This document shows positions 27,089 through 40,002 of a DNA stretch of 64,000 bases, in pieces; within the stretch, counting starts at the first letter, position 1, and the number at the start of each line of letters is the position of its first letter. A model generated the notes under the pieces. It was not told the origin of the DNA. It was given only the letters and a program-made list of their open reading frames with translations, and made no database searches. This DNA comes from Octopus vulgaris. Its lineage: Eukaryota. Made by a program: the position numbers and the translations under genes. The stretch lies in NCBI GenBank assembly GCA_951406725.2, contig OX597814.1, forward strand, positions 43,152,001 to 43,216,000, written 5' to 3'.

Positions 27089-28951
27089 GTATCTATACAT
27101 ACATATTGCTACTTACATGTATACAGAGAAGCAGGCATTTAAACACAGAGTGAAGAAGAGTGAGTGAGCGAGATGTTTTAAATATAGTTGTACATTATGT
27201 GAAATATCACTCGATATATTTCAGTGAATAATTAATGTTTATTAAGAAGAGGTTAAGATTTAACTATTTCGCCGTTTGTGGACCTGGTCGACTGCAATCT
27301 TTTGTTTGATTTTTGACCCACCATTTCCTAGCTTCATATTTAGTCATATATATTTAAAATTTACATTAACATATATATATACACAAATAAAGCCATATTT
27401 TACACATATCATATGAACAAGTGTGTGATTTTGTGGAGCGAAAATATATAGGATTGAGTTCATTCTAAATCTGCATTATATTGTTATATTAACTCCTAGC
27501 TATGTTGTCTCTCTGAAATTTAATATAATTTAACATTAATTAAGCAAAACCATCATGACCGAAAGTACAAGATAAACTTATAGTATATCTATTTTTTGAA
27601 GCAGGGCACAGATTTAAGTTTCTGCCTCCATTAACATTATGATTGTCATTTTATATTGGAATTTTTGCAGAGAGACAGAGAATAAGCAAATAGGAGAATA
27701 AGCAAATAACACAACATTTCGATTCAAAATTCAAATTTATTGAAAACTTTGAAAACCAGTTAATAACCTCAGTGCAAACAGCAGATTAAATCTCACACTA
27801 TACTCATTAACATTGGGTTGCAGCAAGTGTAATAGAACATACTAGTGCTTCACACTTTAGTTTAAACATTGTTGAAAAAAATGTTTCTTAATATTTACGA
27901 AAAAGCGATTAAAGACGCAAATAATCTCATTTAAATATACGAAGAGAGAATTCTAATTTGGTAGACCATGCATTTAATAAAGAAAATTTGGTTACAGAAA
28001 TCTGAAGAAAATAATTACCGGTAATCTAATTACGAGAAAGTTGCAAAAGTAAGATTTAATTAATACAAGCTCGATACTGCCAAACACCTTGAGACTAGAG
28101 GATCCATAACTTATACGAAGTAATGTTCCAATAATTCTCATGTATTCCCAAGAATAGTAGCAATTTTCAGCATTAAACTATGACACACACAGGCGGACGT
28201 AAAACTTAATGACAGCTGAACCCTAACTGTATGTCTGTTAAAATAAGAACGTTAACAGGTCGTAAATTAGCATATGCTGTAGCCACAACAGAAACAAGCT
28301 TATAGAAATCAATACGGTTAAAAAAATTACTCAAATCTTACACAGAAACTTCAAGGCAAGTATCATACATTGCAATAAGCTACACACCAGCAAAACAATA
28401 AATAAAAGCTGCATAGTCACTCATAACACATTAATATGTCTTGAGTAACTCTCCTGAGAAATAAACCATCACCTATTCAAGAATCAACCTCAACTACATG
28501 AGAATTAGCTGTATAATCAAAGGAAAACCAGTTACATACACACACATGCATAAACACACATATGCATATGTGCGTGTATGTGTGGTTTATGTGTGTGTCT
28601 GTATCGGTGTGTCTGTCTCTGTGTCTGTATACGTATGGACATGATACTCATTTCTATATCTATATAATAAAATAATGCTAAAACCTCGTTTGATCCGATC
28701 ATATATCAAGTATAAGCCATTTCTTTTAGAATCTAGATAGCTATTGCAAGATTAAGTTTCTGTCCATATATTCCATTAATCTGACACATTTGTTTTACTT
28801 GATTTTATGTATAGATGTTTCTCAGTGTTCATAAGATTACAGATGGAGATGATGTTCAATGCATATAAATTTGAAAAGGACGATAGTATATTGAAAATAA
28901 TATTATCTTAAAGAGCAACTGCAAAATACGACGTGTATATAATTACATATA

Positions 28952-29038
<87 letters not shown>

Positions 29039-29068
29039 ATGTACTTATGTATGAATTCATATGTATGC

Positions 29069-29116
<48 letters not shown>

Positions 29117-29134
29117 ATGTGTGTGTGTATGTGT

Positions 29135-29189
<55 letters not shown>

Positions 29190-29494
29190 TAGAAGGTTGG
29201 AAAGGAACACACGAGTTGATATATATAGATGGTAAAAAGTCAAGGTAGAAAATGCTAACATAATTTTGTTAAAACATTTCAGTACCGGTTCCGGCCGTTA
29301 AGAATTTTGCAACTGTAAGGATGGAAAACAATTAAATTTTGAAAAAGAAAAATTTTAGAAAATTAAATGAATTTTTTTTTAAAAGAATATTTGCATAATA
29401 TCCAAATACAAGGGGCATATTCCTTGTTTCTGCCTGTCTCTGCCTCTCTTGATTACACTTGTGGGTTCGAGATGGTTGTGAGTTCTTGGCTGAG

Positions 29495-31400
29495 AAGAAA
29501 GCGGAGGAGAAGGAGAAGAAGGAGAAGAAGAAGAAGGAGAAGAAGAAGAAGAAGATGAAGAAGAAGAAGGAGAAGAAGAAGAAGAAGAAGAAGAAGAAGA
29601 AGAAGAAGAAGAAGAAGAAGATGAAGAAGAAGAAGAAGGAGAAGAAGAAGAAGAAGAAGAAGAAGAAGAAGAAGAAGAAGAAGAAGAAGAAGAAGAGAAA
29701 AAAATGAAAAAGAAGGAGAAGAATGTGAGAGTGGTATGATAGTAGTAGGAATTTTAAATGGTCAAGCGCCTTGAAAGTGACTTGTGGATGGTAGTAGTGA
29801 TTTAATTCTTGAGATATCTCATTTGAATGTATTGTTTGATTGTATTGCTATCCTAAATAGCAGTAATAGTAAAGTAAGGAAGGAGGTAGCAGAGAAGGAG
29901 AAGAGGACGGAGAAGAAGAAAGTGAAAAGAAAATAATAAGAGAAAGCGGGATGGTATCATAGTATTAGGATGTTAAATATTCAAGTCACCTAAAAGTGGC
30001 TCGTTGTGGTTTATAGCAGTGATTGGGACTGATTTTAATGAATTCTTGGGTATCGCTTTTGAATGTATCATTTGAATATTTGCGTGTATGTTGTTCTAAC
30101 GTTGTGGTGGCTATGTCATTTGTTGCAGATGCAATAAAGAGAGTATCTTTACTAATTCGTGGGCTAGAGGCTGTATCGTCCCTAAATTGATAGAGGGGAA
30201 ACATTCTGAAGCTTGGATTTTTGTTATTCGCACAAATGTCGATGTGTTCGCTGAATGTTATTTTTCTGTTATTTTTACATTTTGACCTGGGATCTGTGCA
30301 GAGCCATCTTTCGACAGACTTTTTTGTTTGGCTAATGTATTGCTAGTGCATATATCAGATTCTCCGAAGCACATGTGAAGCTGTTTTCCATTGTGAAACG
30401 TTATCCCTGTTTGAAGAACTCTGATCCCTCAATTAAATTGACGCATATCCAGCAGTTGTCTCTTCCGCATGTTTTTAACTGACGTCTTCAGTATCGTTGT
30501 TGAGCATATTCGGCCTTTTGTTAGGGGACTTTTCATAGATTTGGACTGTCTCTTACTTTTTATGATGGTGTGTCTTTGGAGGATTAAGTTTATTTTGTGG
30601 GTCCCTTTTAGCAGAGGAATGCTATGAAGGATGGTGCCGAAGGCTTTATTGTGAAGGGAATTTTGAGTGAAGATATATGGTAGGGATATTGAGTTGTAAA
30701 TACTTCTTTAATTTGGAATGTCTGAGTTCGTGCAGCACGTTAAGTTGTAGGGCATGTTGAAAGCATATGTCAATTAGTGATGGCGGGTAGTTCCTGATGA
30801 TGAGTGTATCCGTTTGTTCATGTAGTCGTGTGTCCCTGGTGCTTGCATCAGAAATTATAGTACACATTCTTTTTGCTCGGCTAAAGGTCGTATTCATTCT
30901 GGTGTGTCTCGGGTGGAATGAGTTGAACGTAGATATTGTTTGGAGTGCGGGGACTGGAAGTATATATCTGTTTCTATTACATTGTTCCTAGAATCACTGC
31001 TATAATCCACAAGTCACGTTTAGGTCCATTAAGCATTTAACATGCTACTACTATTATACCATCCCGCATTTTCTTATTATTTTCTCTTCTTCTCTTTCTC
31101 CCTCTTCTTCGTCTGTTTCTCCTTCTCCACCACCTCCTTCCTTACTTCACTACTACTGCTGTGTAGAATAACACCTACGCAACTATTGTAAACAATACAT
31201 TCAACTGAGATATCTCAAGAATGCAATCACTGCTACCATCCACAACAAGTCACTTTCTCAAGCACTTGGCCATTCAACATCCTACAACTATCATAGCACT
31301 CTCGCATTCTTCTCTTTCTTCTTCTTCTTCTTCTTCTTCTTCTTCTTCTTCTTCTTCTTCTTCTTCTTCTTCTTCTTCTTCTTCTTTTTCTTCTTCTTCA
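29495..31400. repeat. Long inverted repeats (~320 bp plus (GAA)n/(TTC)n) bracketing a PLE fragment
   Basis: 29710-30025 is the reverse complement of 30991-31315 (e.g. ttcttgagatatctca..tgaatgtattgttt / aaacaatacattca..tgagatatctcaagaa). Confidence 0.8.
30100..30985 (-). mobile_element. Penelope-like thumb/linker/GIY-YIG remnant
   Basis: HPRHTRMNTTFSRAKRMCTIIS...RNYPPSLID (PLE thumb); FPLYQF...PRISKDTLFI (GIY-YIG C-terminal helix). Confidence 0.8.
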
Positions 31401-31532
31401 CATTGTGGTAGATTCGTGCGACTTCTTTGGATATGTATTCTAGATTATCAGAAAAAGAATGTCACTCAAGGAGCTGCCGCCCATGTATGTATGTATGTTT
31501 GAGTATATATATACATATATACACACATACAC

Positions 31533-31603
<71 letters not shown>

Positions 31604-31746
31604 AGAAGGTGGATGAATTATCGTATGTTTATCGTCAGCATGGAAAATGTGTCGAGAGTAAAGGAATTTTGTTAATATCTTCGTTCGCATCCATCCTTTC
31701 ATTTATTCATATATATATATATGTATATATACATATATATTTATTC

Positions 31747-31832
<86 letters not shown>

Positions 31833-31987
31833 TTATATATATATATATACATATATATTATATTAAATTAGAGATAAAACCACTATTAGGCAAATCATAC
31901 AATGAAAAACTTAAGCCAATACATAAGATTAATTAATTTATATTATTAAATATATATCAAAACTATTAAAAAAGAAAATTAATATGA

Positions 31988-32051
31988 CACTACGATCGTT
32001 TCATGGCTGTTGATTTCTTAAAATTTTCGAGTTACAGTCATTCTTCAGGTG
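31988..32051 (-). ncRNA. Type-I hammerhead ribozyme motif, canonical core (family F)
   Basis: CAC-CTGAAGA-ATGACTGT...ACAGCCAT-GAAA-CGATCG-TA-GTG; all core nucleotides present, GUA site, palindromic stem III. Confidence 0.8.
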
Positions 32052-32062
32052 GTTTACATATT

Positions 32063-32112
<50 letters not shown>

Positions 32113-32236
32113 TTATAATATATTTTGTATAATGCCTTTACTGTTATGTAATGGTGTAATAAAGTATTGATTGGGTATCATCTGTTGGTTGATGTTTGAT
32201 TGATTTAAGTATGTTTCTCCATTTTCTAATTTTGTA

Positions 32237-32275
<39 letters not shown>

Positions 32276-33462
32276 TGCATATATATGTGTGTGTGTTTGT
32301 GTGTGTGTGTCTTTGTGTGTGTATGTATGCATGAATGCAATCATGCATGCGTGCATTGATACATATATGTAAGTTAGTATGTGCGTGTATGAGTATGTAT
32401 GTATGTATGTATCATGCCAGTTTCATTGAATCACAGATGGTATTCCCAAATAAGAATTACTAATGTTTGGATGGCATTGTATTCGTTACGGTACAGTTCC
32501 ATATTTCGATAGTGAGTCGTACGTTCCGTGATGTAAAACATTTTTCAATTTCCCTCTGCCTATAGAAAAGCAATGCTGTTTCTGTAATTATTACTAAATC
32601 GCAAGCGTAAAACAAAAAAATGGCCGAGTATCCCTATAAAATAATCCTCGAGAAAAGGTTTCTTGTTAACTAGGAATAATTAATCATGTGTAAAATATTT
32701 TCTCATCAACAATTATATATCTCTACTTTTGACAAATTAAGAAATCACATGTCATATGAAAGACTCTTACAAATCCGGGATATGTTCTTCGCTGTAATAC
32801 ATAAATATTAATGGAACCTCCGAGATATGGAACACAATTTCTTCGTTTCGTATAATCCAATACGGAAATAAGTTATATGCTATTTTCGTGCAGACGAATT
32901 GTAGTCTAATGTCTCCGCGATAAGATGGACATGTAATAACGTATTATTGAAATTACTAATGCAGCTGATATACCATACAAGTATACGCCAATAACAGTAT
33001 TCTTGAAATTAGTGGTATCTGATACGCTTGTTAATTTTGTTATCAAGATGGAAGCTAACACTCTCATTATATCAAATCTGGTTATATCATCAAATATAAT
33101 TGTATTAGATTTGTTGGCACGAACAGCAGAAGCCATTTATATTATTTCTTTATACGACGTTTCTTCATGACCACTACTGCCTTAAAGATAAGCATTATAA
33201 TACATATTTAAAATTAGGTGGCAGCAAAAGTTGTAGTAAAGATAAATACAAAAATTCTGTTTATTTATGATCATTATGTAGATTATTGCAACTTCCCAGC
33301 ACTTAGAATTATAGGCATTCAGATTTACATACCCAAACCCAAAAGTGCTGAACTCGAAAATTCTTTAAGGTAACGAATGGGAATGTTTTGCATATTCTTA
33401 CCGGATTAATGCACTAAAAGTTCAAATAAGGCCGCAATGAAATTTGCTTTCAGTATCTATTT

Positions 33463-33563
<101 letters not shown>

Positions 33564-33846
33564 GTATGTATTTATCTACATATTTTTTATCTCTATCTAT
33601 GTATTTATCTATCTTATGCAATGCCAGGAAATATGTATTCTATAAAATAATTATAAATGATGGAGATATTAAACAACGAGGAAAACAGGTACCTAAAGGT
33701 ATTTCTCAGACAGAACCAGTGTGGCCCAAAATGAAGCAGGTCTCTACATTTGAATTACATCTCCAACCTTCAAAAATACCGCGCAGAGGATTTCACTCGT
33801 TACTACATCCTTTCCGAAGCGAACCTCTTAACCATTTCACAAGGCT

Positions 33847-33881
<35 letters not shown>

Positions 33882-34117
33882 CACATACAAAAACCCTCCT
33901 ATATATATATAACTTTTATCGTTTACACGTTTTATTCATTACACCGTGTCCATGCTGGGACACAACTTCAAGTATTTTAGTGAAATGAATCGACCCAAAT
34001 ACTTTGTTTCAAAGACTGATACTTATTCCACCAGTCATTTTAGGGTAACGGAACACCCCAATACCGGTTATTAAAATTATTACTGTATAAATATATACAT
34101 AGTAAGATAAATGTGCA

Positions 34118-34266
<149 letters not shown>

Positions 34267-34358
34267 GGATGGATGGATAGATATTGTTGTATTCGGTGCT
34301 CGCTTGATTTCGCTTTATTTCAGATTAATTGTATTTCGACCAGAATTAGATTACATTT

Positions 34359-34461
<103 letters not shown>

Positions 34462-34478
34462 AGTGTATGTGTGTGTGT

Positions 34479-34520
<42 letters not shown>

Positions 34521-34789
34521 ATGCATCCTTGTTTATTCCTGTCTTTCTTGTGTCGACTAACTATCTGGATATTTTGGTGTTGCCTGTCACATTATTGTTC
34601 CATTTGTTGTTTTTTCTTTTTATTTCATATATACATATAGCGACGTACGTACACGTTTGGTCTCCTATGTGCGTGCGTGTGTGCGTGTGTGTGTTTCTGT
34701 GTTCGTGTGTGTATTTATAGATATACCTGTGAATGCGCGTGCTTGCATTCTTTCTTTTTATTCTTTTACTTATTTCAGAAATATTACTA

Positions 34790-34971
34790 CGGCCCTCCTG
34801 GAGCACCGCCTTTAGTCGAACAAATCGACCCCAGGATTTATTCTTTGTAAGCGTAGTACTTATTCTATCGTTCTCTTTTGCCGAACCGCTATATTACGGG
34901 GCCATACACACATCAACATCGGTTTTCAAGCGATGGTGGAGGGACAGAGACACACACACAGAAATATAATA

Positions 34972-35015
<44 letters not shown>

Positions 35016-35156
35016 CAATTACGATTCAAGTAAATTCCAATGAATTTACTTGAATGTGGTACTTAACGTAGATGCACCAGAAAAACTATATGGTGTTAGC
35101 CATACAGTAATGTGGGGTGATTTTAAACGAGAATCCATTCTTGTTGCTTCATTCTC

Positions 35157-35208
<52 letters not shown>

Positions 35209-35372
35209 GATGGACTTCTTTCAGTTTCCATCTACCAAATCGACTAATATGGCTTTGGTCGACCCGAGGTAAATCTAGAAGACACTGGTTAAATGTGCCA
35301 CGCAGTGTGACTGAACACAGAACCATGTGGTTGGGAAGAAAGCTGCTTACGACACAGCAACGCTGGCGCCTA
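34790..35372 (-). mobile_element. SINE (42092 family) with an internal insertion
   Basis: Head reverse-complemented at 35207-35372, body at 34790-34960; ~165 bp of unrelated sequence sits within the TA tract. Confidence 0.8.
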
Positions 35373-36476
35373 TATGTATGAAATTATTATTTATATAATG
35401 TTGCATTATAGTTTCAGGATAACTAAATTACCAAAATAATATCATGCTAGAACAGAAGTGGCAAACCCAGAAATCATAGGACTGGATAGTTTTCTTATAT
35501 AAGCATTACGATGTCTTCATTGGTATCATCAGGTGAAGAAATCAATATCATGCTAAAGAATAGCTGAACAGTAAGGCAATTTACAACGGGGAATGAGAAA
35601 TAAAATATAAAATACAATGGTCAACGGGCTCCGGACAGTGATGCATTGGTTGTACTCATGTTGTACTTTCTGATGAACCAAGAAATTTGGTTTTTCTTTC
35701 TCGTTTACATTGAGTCGTTACAATACTAAATATCTCATGGTATGACATCAAAATTAGCATCAAAATGTTTCAGCCGTTGCATTTGCCAAGTTTATTGATA
35801 GATAATTTTGTGGAAGTTATATGTACGGTCTCTCTGACATGTTAGACTTACGAGAAACAACAGAATATCAAAACAGTTGCTTTGCGGTGAATTTATAAAA
35901 CAGCGTAAAGGCGATAGCAATTCCTGCTGTGTTTATAACAACATATATAAGAGGAATTTAATACAGATGTCTTATTCCCCACAACAGATGAAAAAGTATT
36001 TATAACGATACAAATGCTTGGTTAATATCATTCAAAAGAAGGAAGCAATTTAAACAGCAAGTGCCACATTAAATTACTATTGCTGTTGGAAGAATGCTGG
36101 AAATAAACTTTGAAAAATTATTCTAGACTGTCAAACACAGACATCAAAGTGGCTTGATTCAGGTATCTACATACACAAGGACACTCAGAAATCGCATCGC
36201 GTTTGAACTTGAATGCAGAGCCAAATACATATATACATACATGCACACATACACACACATACACACACATATACACACAGGCACACACACACACACGCAC
36301 ACACTCACACACACACACACATATATATTGATATAAAGTCATTCAACCAATTGAATAGGAGGTACATGTGTTATTTAAACAGTTTCATTCGGCTCCACGC
36401 GACTTAAAGTCTTGGGGACCTCAAAAGGAGACATAGATATGCCCGCCAGAGATTTTTGAGTAATAGTCAAATTTTA

Positions 36477-36522
<46 letters not shown>

Positions 36523-36568
36523 ACATGTAAACAAACTAGCTGTTTTTGACTATTTGCATTTATATATG

Positions 36569-36612
<44 letters not shown>

Positions 36613-36884
36613 CATATATAAATATATATATATATTTATATATGTATGTATGTATTTATGTGTATATAAATTGTATTTATGTGAATATAAATATGTATTT
36701 GTGTATAGAAATTTATTTATGTGTATATAAATGCGTTTCTTACCGAAATGCAGTTCGAAAAAGCCCGCCATTTACATAAATATATTACAAGTGAACATTT
36801 CCATGTGCTACGATGGAGGCGACGGTTGTCTGTTTGGTTCCGCCGGGTATGTTGGTTTTGTTTATTCTTAACACGTTTTGAATC

Positions 36885-36950
36885 AGTTTCACTGATGAAC
36901 AAAAGACGTAGATAATACGTTAATTGCGAAATTACAGGTGATCTGGAACT
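36885..36950 (+). ncRNA. Type-I hammerhead-like motif (family G, copy 1)
   Basis: AGTTTCA-CTGATGA-ACAA..GACGTA-GATAA-TACGTT..TTGC-GAAA-TTACAGGTGA-TC-TGGAACT; 7-bp stem I. Confidence 0.75.
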
Positions 36951-37368
36951 AAATTCCGTTGTTAAATGTCGTGCTTCGAGAGCAGCATTCGGTACGATTC
37001 GTTTATTTTTTGTAGTAATGACTTTGAAAGTCCCTCCTAGCGTGTGGCATTTATGTGTAATAATGCCCTCTATATAATATAAATAAATTTTTTCATGTGA
37101 AAAAAGTTTCAGATGTTTTCTCTTATGAGGTTTTTCACGCTAACTACCAGATAATTTCTTGTTAAGATTTCTTATTAAGATTTTATCCTTAATTGTTAAA
37201 CTTGTTCCGAGGAAACAAGTTTCCAACCGAAATGCAGTTCGAAAAAGCCCGCCATTTACATAAATATATTACGAGTGAACATTTCCATGTGCTACGATGG
37301 AGGCGACTGTTGTCTGTTTGGTTCCGCCGGGTATGTTGGTTTTGTTTATTCTTAATACGTTTTAAATC

Positions 37369-37434
37369 AGTTTCACTGATGAACAAAAGACGTAGATAAT
37401 ACGTTAATTGCGAAATCACAGGTGATCTGGAACT
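37369..37434 (+). ncRNA. Type-I hammerhead-like motif (family G, copy 2)
   Basis: As copy 1, with stem III TCAC-AG-GTGA and an AUC site. Confidence 0.78.
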
Positions 37435-37560
37435 AAATTCCGTTTATAAATGTCTTGTTTCGAGAGCTGCATTCGGTACGATTCGTTTATTTTTGGTAGT
37501 AATGACTTTGAAAGTCCCTCCTAGCGTGTGGCATATATGTGTAATAATGCCCTCTATATA

Positions 37561-37622
<62 letters not shown>

Positions 37623-37778
37623 CATAAGGGACGAAAGCCATCTGAATATGGCTAGGGACAGGGCAGGGTGGTGGGGGTGTTACTGTTGCATTTAGCCCCA
37701 GGCGAACATCGACGTCGCCAGATAGGCCCGACACCATCACGGTGTCCTTTAACCTGCAAAGGGAGATAATTCCCCGAT

Positions 37779-37852
37779 GAAGCGGAAACCACACACGGAC
37801 CATGGTTTCAAGGTGTATTGCCGATCGTCAACGTGTGGTAGGCCTCCGCTTC
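37779..37852 (-). ncRNA. Type-I hammerhead-like motif (family H, copy 1)
   Basis: GAAGCGGAGGCC-TAC-CACACG-TTGACGA-TCGG-CAATACA-CCTT-GAAA-CCATGG-TC-CGTGTG-T-GGTTTCCGCTTC. Confidence 0.7.
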
Positions 37853-38198
37853 CTCGACGAAATCTCACTCTGCAGGATATTCATATATAGATTTTCAAGC
37901 AAAATACATTTGCTGACTTCGAAAATCTGTTCGACAGCAATAATAATTCTCTAAAAGAGATATAGACAGTAACTGCTCGATAACATAAGGGACTAAAGCC
38001 ATCTGAATATGGCTAGGGACAGGGCAGGGTGGTGGGGTGTTACTGTTGTATTTAGCCCCAGGCGAACATCGACGTCGCCAGATAGGCCCGACACCATTAG
38101 AGAATTATTATTGCTGTCGAACAGACTTTCGAAATCTGCAAATGTATTTTGCTTGAAAATCTATATATGAATATCCTGCAGAGTGAGATTTCGTCGAG

Positions 38199-38272
38199 GA
38201 AGCGGAGGCCTACCACACGTTGACGATAGGCAATACACCTTGAAACCTTGGTCCGTGTGTGGTTTCCGCTTC
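38199..38272 (+). ncRNA. Type-I hammerhead-like motif (family H, copy 2)
   Basis: Same fold; stem II AGG/CCT, stem III CCTTGG, GUC site, 18-bp extended stem I with an internal loop. Confidence 0.7.
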
Positions 38273-38474
38273 ATCGGGGAATTATCTCCCTTTGCAGGTT
38301 AAAGGACACCGTGATGGTGTCGGGCCTATCTGGCGACGTCGATGTTCGCCTGGGGCTAAATCCAACAGTAACACCCCCACCACCCTGCCCTGTCCCTAGC
38401 CATATTCAGATGGCTTTAGTCCCTTATGTTATCGAGCAGTTACTGTCTATATCTCTTTTAGAAAATTATTATTG

Positions 38475-38617
<143 letters not shown>

Positions 38618-38821
38618 GAAGCATGACTGTCAACACTACTACATGAACCCGAAGATTGCAGAATTCAATGCATGAAAGTACTAGTTCAATCAGAATGAAT
38701 ATTTAACATTCTACTATTTCATTTTATTTTATTCAATTATAATATATTATCTTATAATATATCATTATAAGATTGTAAATAAAACGTGAAAATCAGACAA
38801 GGTTGGAATTCTTTTTATTAA

Positions 38822-38858
<37 letters not shown>

Positions 38859-39153
38859 ATATGTATGTATGTATATATGAATTACGTAGGGTATCAGAAT
38901 ACCATTTGCTAGAAATAGGAGCTAACATTCCAAAACCACAAATTTCTAACTATTAAAATATACCCGATAGTTGCAACAGAAATAGACTTACCTTTTGTGA
39001 ACTGCTTCTGTAAAAGCAAGAATTACAGACATACCGGTAACAACTGATTTCACTTATTGTATCAATATACTTAATGCTCATCAGCCGGACTTATTCTAAA
39101 TCATCAATTTTTGAAAATATTCAACACGTTACACCGTGCCTATTTAATACTGA

Positions 39154-39245
<92 letters not shown>

Positions 39246-39276
39246 CTACTACTACTACTAATACTACTACTCATAT

Positions 39277-39370
<94 letters not shown>

Positions 39371-39371
<1 letters not shown>

Positions 39372-39793
39372 CCCTTCAGGCTGTAGCTCTCATGACTTCT
39401 GAACTTAACTGATTGGAATTGTTATCGTGTACATTGTTTTGTCTTGGTATAAAAGATGGGATACAGCAAATATTCTGCTCAGTACCACAGATTTGCTTGT
39501 CAGTTGTTTGAGCTTAAACATTTGTGCATGTCCCTTAGTGGCTGACGATATGTGCATCTCTGATCACGACCAGAAGTGGGGGAACATCATGGAAACGTGA
39601 TGAGAGTAATTCTTTGGGCTTTGAGGAATTCTCCTCAAGAAACATGGGTGTTTCGTTCAACGTCCATAAACAACCCTTATTCAGGGACCTTTTGAGCGGG
39701 ATGGGCTACTCGACTAGAAGAAAACTCTAACTGGGCCCTAGCTGCAATGTTGTGTGCTGTTTATTTTTGATGGCATGCACTGCTCTCTCACTC
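39371..39793. mobile_element. (TAA)n-associated dispersed repeat, internally deleted copy
   Basis: Reverse complement of 15383-15950; both ends abut (TAA)n. Confidence 0.85.
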
Positions 39794-39882
<89 letters not shown>

Positions 39883-39940
39883 CAACAACAACAGCAACAA
39901 CAACGACAACGACAACGACAACAACAACAACAACAACAAC

Positions 39941-40002
<62 letters not shown>

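Larger units (their letters stand above)
36736..37568 (+). repeat. Tandem repeat, 484-bp period, one hammerhead per unit (retrozyme/pLTR-like)
   Basis: 36736-37085 is repeated at 37220-37568 with high identity. Confidence 0.9.

Noticed and set aside
35470-35540. Minus-strand CACCTGATGA...GAAA
   Set aside because: Stems I and II do not pair.
35667-35700. CTGATGA followed by hairpin ACCAAG/TTTGGT
   Set aside because: No GAAA after the stem and no stem I or III; not a hammerhead.
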